Shown: positions 1 through 13,074, counted from the first letter of the stretch. The stretch: DNA of 42,844 nucleotides from Paraglomus brasilianum (GCA_910592345.1 CAJVPI010000203.1:1-42844), one strand, 5' to 3'. Notes: generated by a model not told the origin, from the sequence alone. Numbers and translations are program-made.

Positions 1-496
1 ATAGAAGGTTGCGAAGCATTTGAACTTGTGGTGTCATCATTCTGAGCAGGCGAACTAATTCGTATATCAGTATATTGGACCTCTGTGGACGGAACATCCG
101 ACAATTGACTAATAGAAGGTTGCGAAGCATTTGAACTTGTGGTGTCATCATTCTGAGCAGGCGAACTAATTCGTATATCAGTATATTGGACCTCTGTGGA
201 CGGAACATCCGACAATTGACTAATAGAAGGTTGCGAAGCATTTGAACTTGTGGTGTCATCATTCTGAGCAGGCGAACTAATTCGTATATCAGTATATTGG
301 ACCTCTGTGGACGGAACATCCGACAATTGACTAATAGAAGGTTGCGAAGCATTTGAACTTGTGGTGTCATCATTCTGAGCAGGCGAACTAACTTGCATGT
401 CAGTAGATTGGACCTCCGTTGATGTAACATCCGACACTTGCATAATAGAAGGTTGCGAAGCTATTAAACTCGAGTCGCCAATATACTGAACAGGTG
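1..496. repeat. 111-bp coding tandem repeat (37 aa), 4 full copies plus one degenerate partial copy
   Basis: Unit starting ATAGAAGGTTGCGAAGC at 1, 112, 223, 334 and 445. The first three copies look identical. Minus-strand translation: ISQLSDVPSTEVQYTDIRISSPAQNDDTTSSNASQPS. Confidence 0.97.
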
Positions 497-2450
497 AATA
501 AGCCTTTCTCGGTCTCGGTGATAACGAAGTAGGTGGGTCAAAAGGAGGGGGCGGAGGTAAATATAATTTCGGAGGGAATAGAACAAAATTTGACGGTGTA
601 GATGTAGGGCTCGATAACGGTGGTGAAGCAGGGATCGATGATGGTGCTAAAGGAGCCATGTTTACAATTAATCCTGTTACAGATTCCCCATTTCTCGCTC
701 TCGTTCTGGTTTCGCGTGTCTCGTGTCTCCTATTCCTTCCAGATTTCCGGCTTGCCTGTTTGTTTCTTGGTTGTTCATCTTTTCTATTTCCCAAGTTTCG
801 TTGTCTGTTTTCAACTCTACGCGACTCTGGTGATTTCTTCATCCCCTTTGATTGCCCTCTCTCAGGATCTTCGATTCTGCTTCGCTTTGCTATGCTAGAC
901 TTCCTACTTCCGTGTACATCTGAAACGGAACTAAGTCTTACTATGGAATTCTCTCCAGACTTTCTTGTTAATAGTTGGATCCATTCTTTGAATACACTTT
1001 TTTTGGCCGCAAATATGAGAAATATGACCACTCCGACACTGCGATTAAGAGTGAGTGCGATAACTTGGAGAACGAAAGATGGAACCTTGGCATAGGGTGC
1101 GCAGTAATTTTGGTCGCCGTTTGTTTCTCTCAGACATTCGGCCCATTCTGGGATCCAATTGCTATCTTGAGTAATGACAACTGCACGAGTTCTAAAGATA
1201 AAGTAGAACTGGGAAGGGTTGAATGGAGAAGGATAAGAAGAAAAGAATCTGTTAGCGTCAGATGACAGCAAGGTTATTATTAGTCAAATATAAAAGGTGA
1301 GAAGCATGTCTATTATTATTACCACATCCGTGACGTATACGACCAGCATAAAAGCCGCACCCATGAACGCTCTCCATTGCACTCTTATGATATGCTTGAT
1401 GTGAACAAACAACACCTGCGTTTCCGAGAAAGACATTCTCCCATCTTTTTGCCCTCTGTTCGCTCTGCTTGAGACCTGTAAGGGGAGGGGAGGGGGAAAT
1501 GTCATTAACAAGTTTTATTATCAATAGTTGCCTGGTCCGAGTTCAACCCCCAGTTAAAGAATTATCCTTACCTTTGCCATATATGCTAACGTAACCAAAT
1601 GTAAAAGACATACTGGAAATATGAAACTGAGGATGTAGAAGAATATTGGGCTAGCCTTTTGAGAAATAAAGCAAAATCCTCCTGAATCTACTTCGTTGAG
1701 TACCATTGGAAGAAAGGCTGCGAGAAAAACCATTATCCAAACGGGTACGTGAAAGTATTTTATATTCCTCATTACAAAATCAGATCTCCAAACAGATAAC
1801 TACAAAAGTGGAAGAGAGGAAAAGACAAGTTAATTGACATCTCAAGATAATACCACAATGACATTCAAACGAGTCGTCTTTTTTCTACTTGCTTACCATG
1901 TGAAGGTTAATGATCAATATGCTTGCCCACAGAGCAACGGCGTACGCGCCGCTAAGTTCGAAGAATGCTTGAGCAGCGCATCGTTTATTATCATGGATCG
2001 TTGCCTGCTCTATATCGTTAACACACTGTATACATAATTGGGAAATGTGAGCGGATAAAACAAGAACTCTTATCACAACAACAAACATATTGCCGTTTTT
2101 TCTCCACGTCTTACCTGAGTACTCTCTTGGTCTACACTGAAGAAATCAGCAGCAGAGAACAATAGAACGCTTAATGCGAATGGAAGTAATATCTTTTTTA
2201 TAACAGGATTGTTTTTTGTACTCGGAAGCACGATGAATGTTAAAACCAAAAAAAGCATCAAGAAAAATCCAATTATTCCTATACACCCCAACGTAGTGAA
2301 TAGCAACTCGAGTTTTCCTTCCCCATAGAAATTATTATAATGTGGACATGGCAAACAACAATCATTTAAGCATTGAACATTAGGTTTGGCGCTACCCTCG
2401 GGATCATATATCAACGTTGGAGGACAATACGAGCTTGATACGTTTGCCAT
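1..2450 (-). CDS. Frizzled/cAMP-receptor-like 7TM GPCR with a long repetitive C-terminal tail; 3' end lies outside the window
   Basis: Spliced model 2450-2115, 2025-1897, 1799-1572, 1475-1323, 1208-<1 with GT-AG junctions and an open frame. Cys-rich N-terminus (CPPTL...CLNDCCLPCP), hydrophobic helices, and loop motifs CVND...RCAAQ and W..CL.....QNYC typical of this fungal GPCR class. No stop before base 1. Confidence 0.8.
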
Positions 2451-3110
2451 TTGTGACGATAGTTAAGATTGAATTATGATCACGGTTGGTGGTGGAGAAA
2501 TTCGTGTTAATAACAGGAGGGAAACACCAAAGCGTGGAGTGTCGTAGTATAGGTATTATATATACAAGATAGATAGCCAAATCATTGCAAGAATTCAATG
2601 GCTAAAAATAAGAATTGATATATTAGCGGAAAAGAATTTGTTGGTCTATTCATTAATTCAAAAAGAACAAAGTCTGGTATTTATAGTTTTGCAAGAAAAG
2701 ACAACATTACCGAAAACGTACAATTCATCCATCGTAGACACGGGAATCGATATAATAAAGTACATTATAGACGGTTTATATGCGACGAAAGTAAGAAGAA
2801 GGGAAGGATGGACATTAAGTATTAGAAAATGGATAAGCATATGTTAGAGACAGATTTCATCACGTGAAACTGGTAATTTTACCAGATTTGCTATCACTCC
2901 GAAATACTCACATGCTTAAGCAGACTTTTTTGGTGAAACAAATTGTGAGAAGGAATGTGAGAAGTACTTCGCGAATAATATTCATGCTGGTTACATATAA
3001 TTAATCGAACATAATGGGTTATGAACAGCTGTTTAAAGCTGACCACAGCACAATTACTTGAATCAGTAATTAATTATTTTATTATATAAAATTATATTAT
3101 AATCATCCAT

Positions 3111-4733
3111 TTACATAACTTCGATACCAACACCGATCACATTTCCGCTTCCACTTTCAACATATCCGCCAATTGCATTACTATTTTTCTTTCTCTTGTT
3201 CTTTTTCTTCCTTTTTCTCTTCTTCTTCCCTAACCCGATTTCGTTTGTACTCCTCAAATTCCCTTCACCATGCCCAAATTCTCCACATCCCATATTTTCC
3301 CCAATCGTTTTACGGTCATCGATCCATTCAAGAATTCGTCCGCACACACCACCCGAGGCCACGACATCCTTTAAACCCGTCCATTCCTTGTAAACAATGG
3401 GATCGACCATTTCTTCACTCAAATTATCTACATTTTCGAACCACAGCCGTCGAAGATTATCACACTCGGCTATAGAGTCCAAAGGACCGCAGCCTCGGAA
3501 ATCGACGTCAGTGAAAACAAGAGATGAGAGCTCGTTGGAGAAACCCGAAATAGCAGGAGATATGAGATCCATTTCGGATGTATCAGAGTCAAAGTTGGAG
3601 AGGTGGAAGTGAGTAATGTATTGTTGAGATTTGAGGAAGGTGAAGAGAGAGGCATTCTCATCCCAATTCTGTTGCGTAGCGTACGTGCGTACACGCAGCA
3701 TGTTTATGTCTACGTGAGTCTGTGTAAAGGTATGAGAGTGAAGGTGGGGGAAGGTGGGGGAAGGAGGGGGAAGGTGGGGGAAGGTGGGGGTGTGGGGAAT
3801 GGGAATTGAGGAAAGAACGGAAAAAGAATCAGAAATATGAGTTTAATAGATCGGAAATTCCAATAAATTTCTAGTCTCTAATATATAATGTTCCATGTCT
3901 GTTTTGGATTATAATACGACGTAAATTTACTTTAATGCACAAACTCCCTCTCTCCATCTCTCACATGCTTTTCCCTCTTTTTTCACTTCCGCTTTCTTCA
4001 TTCTCATACTCACCAACTCCCGACAATTCCGTGCTAACCACAAGAACAATCTTTCTTTATTAAATCCAGTCTTAATCTCCACCCTTTTCAGATTCTCCAC
4101 CAATTCGTCGTATTCTCTAACCGCCAGGATCATGTATTCATTGTCAAACTCAATGTCATATACATCTCTAGAGTGCGTGTCCATCGATAGACTCTCTAAT
4201 CGTACACCATGGTTTAGAAATAGTGTAAATATACACTGCATGAGAACGGATACTGGAGACGGAATGGAAGATGATTCATCCGCGACGGAAACAAACCGAT
4301 CGATATAGTTGTGACTAGCATCTAACATTGCGACATAGTCTAGATGTTTTATCAGTGATGGATAATCAATCCACTTTTTTCTTGAGAGGCTATTATTCAC
4401 TTTCTGAAACCTTGGCTTAACCAGGCCTATCGTTGCCAACCTTTCCCATTCTTCGTCGCCGACCCATTCTAAATATTTTTCAACTATTTTATAGCTTTGA
4501 GTGTAATAAAATGGTTGTTCCCAGAACGTTCTCAATGCGGTTTCGCACCATGAGTGATTGATAAGTAAACAAGAACGGAGAGTCGGAAGTGTAGAAGGAG
4601 ATAAAGGGGGGAGATGAGAAAGTATATTATAGATAATTGAGGATGGTATAGAGAAAGAGTTACGAGATGTTGCTTGTTCATTAGATGTTAATCTGGGGAG
4701 TAAGCGATTGGATCGTTTCTTCTTTTTGGCCAT
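3111..4733 (-). CDS. F-box / RNI-like leucine-rich repeat protein
   Basis: Exons 4733-4014 (GTGAGT donor) and 3719-3111 (CAG acceptor), in frame. F-box-like IPSSIIYNILSHL...LRSCLLINHSWCETALRTFWEQPF, a DYPSLIKHLDY motif, LRR-like LxxLxL segments and a basic C-terminal KKKRKRKKKNKRKK. Confidence 0.8.
3741..3797 (+). repeat. Intronic 10-bp G-rich tandem repeat (AAGGTGGGGG)x5
   Basis: Five copies at 3741-3790 (the third is AAGGAGGGGG), followed by TGTGGGG, just upstream of the minus-strand acceptor at 3720. Confidence 0.9.
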
Positions 4734-6780
4734 TATGGACGTATAGTAGAGAAATCAATCAGTGGCTATACCCTTTTTAACAATCTCTGACTAGCAAGAG
4801 CACTCTCGCCAAGATAAGAAAGACTCTTAATTAATTAATTACATATATATAGCATAATAATAAAGTTTTTTTAATCAAAACTTTTTTCAGTCAAGTGCCA
4901 CGGGAAAACAATGGGATCAGCTGACTAACTTTAGGGCTGATCACTTCTACGATGTATTCTCAACTTGCATTCCATCATCTTTTCTCATAACACTCCTTAA
5001 ATTCCCCACCTGTTTACTTTCCTGCTTGCCCCTCTCTCCCCAATCTAATCCTTCGAGCACAGACCTTGACAATTGTGTAACGAAAATGAAATTTGGCATT
5101 AACCCCAGATTTTCGTCTATTGCATCATATGTTGTACAATGCAGACGAGATAATCGAGATGGGTAGTAGACTAACGCAAAGGTAAATCGTCAATTGTTCT
5201 AAACCATGCAAAGCATCACCGAATGAAACGCCACCACAACATGACTGTTTGTATAATCAGAAAAGATGAGATGAAAAGGTTGTACAAATAGTGGCTGTAA
5301 TCACAGTGCAACAAATATGCGGAGCTTCTTTTTTGTTTGCTCAGCCACAAGTATTATTGTATGTTGGTATTTTTAGATTATGCTTTGTCTGCAGTATTAT
5401 TATTTTTTGCTTGCACACCAAATGTACAATCTGGAGTTTATCTCATTGTAATACTTGCCCTTATCATGGGTTACGGTTAATCATAATCACTCGGAGCTGC
5501 TAAATAAATCATTTATTGGCTACCATAGCTGACAAAGTGCAAAGTTTCATTCTGTAGATCAACATTCTTATCGGCTGCCATAAATGACAAAGTCTGCGTC
5601 TCCCCCCCTCTGACCTAGACATTCAACTTCGACATATTAATGCACATCCCCATTTCCCCTTTGTGATCAATTAAAATTTAAGTATTTGGAATCATCCGAC
5701 TTCCATCGATCGGTCCCTCCAACTTCCAAACTTTATTTTCTAAGCAAGGTTTAATGTATGCCGCTCGAATAAATGTCCAATAAGACTAATGTCTTCGATT
5801 TGCAATGAATGGGAAAGTTCAAGCATCTCGAATGTCTCGATTACATACATAAATGTGTTACGTTCACAACAATAGTGTCCTATCTAGTTTGCTAATTAAA
5901 TTCCGTCGTGTTATAAGTTGAGCTGTACAGCGCCAATGATAGATTAATTCAGTATGATGATAATAATATCATGTAAAACAAAAGACTAAGATCACGTAGT
6001 AACTCAATTTTATCGTCTACAATTATTATTTACTAGGAGCGGCTAGAACGATTATTAGAATATTCTTAAATAGACGCGCGTCACGTCATGGTATAATTAA
6101 TTCACGTTCTTCGAGTAAGAATGTTATTAGTTTTTATTATTTGCGTCGCCGTTGCTGAATGGAAAGTGTCTATTGCTTATTAAGTCGGGAGAGCAAGACT
6201 ACGTTAGGGCAAGAATATTCGGAGTAAAACTTAGAGAAATCTGGCTAAAAAAAATGGTACATAAATTGTTAACAAAGAAGGAGAATATCTGACATTACAG
6301 TATTTTGTGAACTAGAATCGTTTGATACAGCTTATTATCACTACAACACGCATTCAGCAGGAATGTACAAGACTACGCCTTACCTTTATAACTGTTCTAG
6401 CATCCTACTCTCAAAGCATTATTCTCTCATAATACTCAAACACATGTTATCTTGCTTTGACAATCCTGAGCTAAGATGGAGTCTTTTACATGATCGCTTT
6501 CCTTTAAACGGTGTTTTAGGTAGACACTACAGACGTTCACAAACTAAAGGTGATTGTTCAAATAGCAATTCTACAGGTACGCTTTCGTTAACGAAAAATT
6601 CTAAGAGGCTTAAATCAGTTAATTATTATACGAATAATGAGTGTGGTAACACTGCTGTTTATGATAATTCAACATAGCGTACACACAAGTGATTAATAAA
6701 TGCAGTCGCTGGATGTTTACTTTTAGGCCTCAAAATCAGTTTATTTGATAACAAATCGTTATCACATTTTTATTATAAAA

Positions 6781-9700
6781 ATGTCCGTTTGCACACCCAA
6801 TAGTTTACAACTCACACAGATGCTTTGAGCTACGGTTATGTTTGTCGAAAAAGGAAATTGTGGATGCCAAGCAATATACGATTCGCAGCGGTTAACTAAA
6901 CAAAACGCCTTCTTTATCAGTCTCGTATAAAAGTGAAAATACAGATAAATAAACGCGCGCTTTGCGATATCGTAAGTGTGCGACGTAACACAATAGAATG
7001 TTGCTTGAAAAGATTTTTTATTCAAACTATGGTCGTTAGTTCCAGGATCAAGGATATGTATAATACGGCAATTGATAACTTGGTTCAATCCTCCTTATCA
7101 AATGGATATGATAAACTTGCGTGGATCCCTCGCAAGCAACTTGATTAGTTTATTAAGAAATCTCAACTACAAACAAACTCAGCAAATAATGTCTATATAT
7201 ATACTTGTTTGGTCTACCTACTTATGATGTAGTCGTTAAATTGATTCCGCACTTGAAATAACGGGTGAGACGGATGATTCATATGATGACAAGGTGACTA
7301 TAAATAATGTATTATGTTTATTCATGGTTTAGATAAGGTAGTAGCACTCACTAGGAGTTGCTCGGACTTTTCTTTCTTTTAGGTAGATAGTCACCCTGTT
7401 CCTGTTAGGATCTATTATGTGTATATAGTAATGTAAAGAAATAACAGCTGTAGCGCCATTAGTATTGATGTTTGGATTACCATTGGATTTGCATACAATG
7501 CAAGCAAACAGAAGTATTGTCTAATAGAGAAACGGTATGGGGACACATTATGTCTGGCGTGTGGAGAGCGATTAAAACTTAAAACAAATGCATTTTGTTA
7601 CGAATGTAAAGCACCTTGCACCTCCTGAATGGACGAGGGGCAACAAGTCATTGGATCCATTCATTAGGAGTGATACTGAGCATGAATACGATGCCTCTAT
7701 ACAATGGAAAGAGTATTCTCTATTGATGAAACGACAACATTACGGCGTGGATGCAGATTGGTTAGATCCGACGGCAAATGAATCGATACAAGTGACACTC
7801 AAACAGATAGTTGACGGACAGGATGCTGATTTTTATCAGGTAAATTGTTTTACGTGAAATAATTATGCATTGCATTGATTGTATTTCTTACTGTCGTGCC
7901 GACTAAGATAGTAATCGACACTTGGGATTTAGCTAGTCTCGACAGAGCGTGGCGCCTCCTATTCTAGTTAGTTAAATACCGGTTTACAGTTAGTGACCTG
8001 GTTAATTCAAGGCTTTTCACTTACGAACTATTTCGTCGTAGAATGAGTAAATCCTAGATAATATAATCGTACTCGAGTATGTTCATCGGTTATTATCGAG
8101 GGATCAATCCGATAATCTCCCGTTTGGGGTACAATGGTTTATAAATAAAAAGTAAACGCGTTTCTAAAATAACGATTAAATATCTTAACTCGTCACTCAG
8201 ATAACTGCGGGGACAAGAGGCAATTATTCTTCGTTGATATACGGATTTAACGGTTTCTCAAATATATCAACTAATTTAGAGAATAGGGATCAATAATATA
8301 GGTTCAAAGTAAATGCGATACTCGTTTATTAACGAATAAAAGGATATAGGAATCAATGTCACCATGCAAAACACACACCGGCTCTAGCTGGAACTAGCTG
8401 CTTATATACTTTTCGATCGGTCTAATTGAGCTTTTTTAGCGGATATTTCTAATATTTTATCTATTGTTCTTCAGTATACATTTGGACCTTTATAGCATTG
8501 CTTCCGCGTTGCTGCAGTACTGCATGTTATACTATTATTAAAAATGTTGCAGTACTGCTTGTACTCAGCAACGGTTAAATATTTGTGCTCCTACTTTCGC
8601 TATAAATGTGGCTGCGGCATTGTCGAAGAGACGCAGAAATAAAAGATAGAATATGTCATCGATTTGCGTACTCAAATAGCTAATTAAAGAATACCCGAAA
8701 ATATTAATACTTGGATAATTGGGATCACTCAAAGGCCATCTACTCAAGCATATTATTTAGTTTTCTACCATAAAATACATGCAATAATGGACATATTTAT
8801 ACAACATTATGAATATGCAAGACATTTGCGGTATATCCAGTATAACAACTTCGATTTACTCAAAGAGGTCGGGTCTGGTAGTTATGGAGCAGTCTATATA
8901 AGGCAGCTTGGGAGAGAGAGAAGAGGATATGACATAAACTGTTATACTCAAACATTTGAACTACTTTGATCAGATGCCGGAGTTATTTATTTCTGAAGCT
9001 TTGGTATTACTAGTGTGATATTTAGTTTTACTTTGTATTTAGTATTAACAGTTCAGAAATCATACTAAATATACAAGGGATGTTTTCCTTCCTGTTTATG
9101 GAACCACACAAGAAAGAGTACATGATTGTTATGCAGTATGCTAATAATGGTAGTTTTTGTCTTACTTGAATCAAATATTAACAAATTGACATGGAGAATG
9201 AAATTACATCATTCATTACATTTTCTCTGCGCAATATTCATAAAAGAGTGTATTGTGATCTTTATGGCGGCAACCGTTAATCTGCAACTCACGACCAGTC
9301 AATTATACTAGTACGTGTTGTGTAACTATAATTAAACATTGTCACAGGACTTTGCATGATATAAAGTTGTACACGAATTATTTTAAAAGGCCGCCCCTTT
9401 CGAATATTCGCGCATGTGTTGTTGTCGTCCACACCATTTTTGTTGTAATTCCTCCTTCTCTTTCTTTGCTTCTCGACTCTATGTTTAGTCCGCGTATTAT
9501 TTTGAGGCAAAAATTTCAATAGTGTATGTGTTTAGTCGGTACAACTGATACAATGGTGCAGTTGCTAATTAACTAATTTTATTTTTCATAAAGTGCACTA
9601 GTACGATAGTATCAATAATTATAGTAGCTTTACTTGGCAATAATAATTGACGGCTGTGTCTGGAACGAGCTTCTTTATACAAGATGCTTCCATTCTGCAA

Positions 9701-10570
9701 AAATTCATTTATCATCGTACGTTTTAAATATTGTGCAGAGAATACCCTTTCATATACGGTGAGTAACCCAATATGTAATGTAATTATAATACACTAATAC
9801 TAAGAGCAAAACTAAGACGCAAATTTGACCTATGCATCATGAAAATACTTTCACTACGAGCAAGCAATAATGGACAACAAATTTACATCTGAGTACAGCA
9901 AAGCCACCAACAATTGATACGGTAATTACAATCGTCAAAGTTAAGCAGCAAAAAATTATTCAATTGCTAAACAAGCAGCTTGAAAAACAAAAGTTCCATG
10001 TGGAACGATTGGAGATTAATTGGATAATTCTTAGGTACAATACAGTAATAATTCAGATTTCAAGCTTGATTAAAAATTACATAACTTAAAAAGGAAAGAC
10101 TAGAACAATCAGCCAAACTAACTTTAATTAATTTGAGAATCAATTGTTAATATAAACACTTGATATAATCAAGTAGCTTTGGGGGACTGGAAGTCAATTG
10201 CAAAGATTGTGTAGAAATTCCAACGGACAACGTTCGTACGTTCAAATTGACATTATCATACGATGTTTCCCGTCCGTGTAACCGGATCAAGAATTACATG
10301 TGGATGCTGTGTGGATTGGTGGTCTGCACGTCGAGATACACAAGTGGTACCATCAAAGAATCATTCGTTCCCAAAAAAGAAATGCATTGATATATTTGGC
10401 ATCTGCAATAAAATGATGGATGCACAGCTGCAGATAATCGCTGAGAAGCTTATCATTGTTCAGAACCGATGAAAATACCAATCCTGTAAAAATTAGCGTT
10501 CGTTGAAATCCCAACCAAAAAACCATTCTAATCTCAGCAATTGAACCGGATTTTACCATACGTCTCTTAC
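6781..10570 (+). pseudogene. Fragmented Ser/Thr(-Tyr-like) protein kinase pseudogene, copy 1
   Basis: Remnants with stops and frameshifts: KQLD*FIKKSQLQ (~7135), EWTRGNKSLDPFI (~7627), IQYNNFDLLKEVGSGSYGAVY (~8835), KEYMIVMQYANNGS..NINKLTWRMKL (~9113-9207), a decayed catalytic loop VYCDLYGGN (9248-9274), and weak C-lobe remnants at ~10318-10570. Outer limits are approximate. Confidence 0.75.
8452..8654. mobile_element. Degenerate foldback / MITE-like palindrome inside a pseudogene intron
   Basis: Nested inverted pairs: ATATTTTATCT/AGATAGAATAT, TTTATAGC/GCTATAAA, CGTTGCTG/CAGCAACG and GCAGTACTGCA/TGCAGTACTGC, centred near 8535. Confidence 0.5.
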
Positions 10571-11479
10571 CGTTACGCTACATTCTGCTAGTTATATGAT
10601 ATGGATTCACGATTCAAAATGGACCTTTTTTTGACATAAAACTTTACGGCAGGGATTGTTTGCTTTGCAGAAACTAAATTTGGACCGGATAAACATTCTA
10701 GTAACGTTGGAATCGCAGTTGATTTGTTCGGTGGACAACAATGTCTAGTTTCATCAACCATTATTTATATTTGCATTATCTTTGGTTCACAATATAGCAT
10801 CAATTATCAACAAACACCGCTTTTATACATGTTCCTTTGATTTACCCATTTGCCTTTACCTATTACCATCCGCCTGATCATAGTTATTTATTACTACCAT
10901 GTTTGGCTGACTGATTACACAATTACCCGACTAGACAAAGAAAAGTAACTCGTTTTAGCCATTGTACAAGTCCAGTCTCCTGAGAAGCAGTTGTACATGT
11001 CGCCAAGAAATGACGACAATGAAGCTAATCTTGTTTGATCCGCAGATACTATTTAAAACGTGCTTGACAACATTTGTTTGTGGTCGGTATTTGTTGTCAT
11101 TACTATTACATAATTAATTGCACATCCCGATTATTTAAAGCCCGCAAATATCCGCACGAGTTGATTACCCATTTTCGACATTTGTAAACTTTAAATCTCC
11201 CTCTATACAACAATCTCATTCTTTTCAATTCCTCTTGTTGGGAGCATTACAATACATTCCTTCCTTGCCATGCTCAGAAGCAGGAAAAGTCTAACAGAAG
11301 ATTTATACCTGTTTCAAATAAAGTGTATATAGTTGAAGGAAAAATAAAAACCCCCGTCATTAGTCAGATTCTCCTTCGGTCTCCTCCGTTCGTAGGGGTA
11401 AATAGGAAACAAACAAATTACCATAGACAAGGCTCGGCCGCTCTTTTATTTTTTCTTTACCATTTGTTTGTTTGCTCCC

Positions 11480-12791
11480 ATGCCAAACGTAACTGTCGAT
11501 GGAAAAGTAGTCAATATATGCCGGTAAGTTGGCGTAAACGTCGTGGCATCAGTATTATCCTAATCAAAGAATTTTAACACCTCGTGTTTACTTGTAGTTG
11601 GGACTTGTCATTTCAAGATTGCGTGGACAAGCCTTTCTACATAACAAATGTCGAAATTAGCATGATTCTTACGTCCGCCCTTATTATAATCGTGTTTTCT
11701 TTTCTCGTGTACCGTCGCCAGGTGTTAAAAACTCCTCTGTGGAGTGGTAAACAGTTTGCACCACTAGATGGCCTATTATTTTGGATATTAATATGGGCTA
11801 TTTTGAGAATCGCAGCTTCGATTATTAAGCTAAATGATCTATGGCCAACTAGTATTTGGAGATATGTATTTTTCAATGTTGGCTGGTGGATTGCTAATAT
11901 TGCCGTTGCTACTTATACTTGCGGACTGTAAGTAAGATGCGTAAATGTTTTCTTTGGTTATTGTGCGATTTGCACGATTAAAATAATTTTTATTATCTCC
12001 TTTTGTACAGATTTTATGCAATTCCTCGAATGCAATCCCACAGATTTTCCAGCATTTATACCTCCACACGCACCCTTTATATTCCCAATCCTGCCATAGT
12101 TCCATACCTTTACTGGTCACTCTTTGCCCTAAACATAATATTCTTCGAGACATTTGCTATCCTGGCTATCAAGGCCAGGTTTTCTAAACGTTCAGATCTC
12201 GAGCTAATTTTCTGGAGAATACATTGGACGGGCATCATAGTGGAACAGTTAATACTGATGTCTCTGTTGTTATATTATGGAAGAATGCTTGTGCATCTTG
12301 CGCGTGAATGTGTAATCTTGGCAGCGGCTGAAGACGAAAAAAACAAATACGAGAATTTTGCCAACAAGGTAACAACTAATCACTAGGTGTCAAGATAATA
12401 TATCATTCAACGTGTAAACTGATCACATGACGTTTTCTAGATGAATTCGGCAAACTTTGGATTTACCATTGCATTTGTTTGGTACATTCTATCACTCACG
12501 TGCTTTGTCTTATTCTCAAGAAGAATGTTTACTGACCCGTTGGTAAACAGAATATACGCCGGTGTCATGGAGAATTGTTCTAGTCTTTTAGCGATCGGCA
12601 TCACATTTTCAATGATTTATTGGTAAGCATATATATACGTGTGTTTGTATATATCTATATCTATCTATATATATATTTCCCACTTTCTGACCAACCATCC
12701 TTATCGTTACAGCGAAGTTAAGCAAACGTATTCCTCACTAAGCCAACAAGAACTATCTACTGTATGGACGCTCAATAACCAAGAAGCCTGA
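11480..12791 (+). CDS. Orphan multi-pass (about 7 TM) membrane protein, GPCR-like topology
   Basis: Five exons (11480-11523, 11598-11927, 12012-12368, 12441-12622, 12713-12791) splice in frame: MPNVTVDGKVVNICRWDLSFQDC...LNNQEA*. About seven hydrophobic stretches. Confidence 0.8.
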
Positions 12792-13074
12792 TTACATGAC
12801 AAAATGTATATGGTATTTTGTAAATATATATAATATGCATGGGTCAATCCAATCGAAAAAAAAAAGCAAATTTTTATTGTCCCAAAACACATAATTAAAC
12901 GAACAGAAAAAAAAACAATTAATTATTTCAAGCAGACGGAATAGAATAAGTAATATTGTATTGTCCAAGGTCGAAAATCCAGTTTAAAGTAATAATTACT
13001 GAATAAAGACTATACACTGTCATTTCATTGTTACTTTCTTATACAATATTACTACTATATTGCTCCAATGCCTC

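Noticed and set aside
1..496. 111-bp array as a CRISPR
   Set aside because: Units are contiguous and identical with no unique spacers, are in frame within a eukaryotic gene, and no cas genes are present.
620..1265. Plus-strand ORFs of 92-145 aa
   Set aside because: They are antisense shadows of the GPCR's last exon.
1529..1553. GTTCAA T-loop-like motif suggesting a tRNA
   Set aside because: No cloverleaf stems; it lies within a GPCR intron.
9290..10200. Sequence interrupting kinase copy 1, as a defined mobile element
   Set aside because: It is probably inserted DNA, but I could not find termini, a target-site duplication or a recognisable protein motif.
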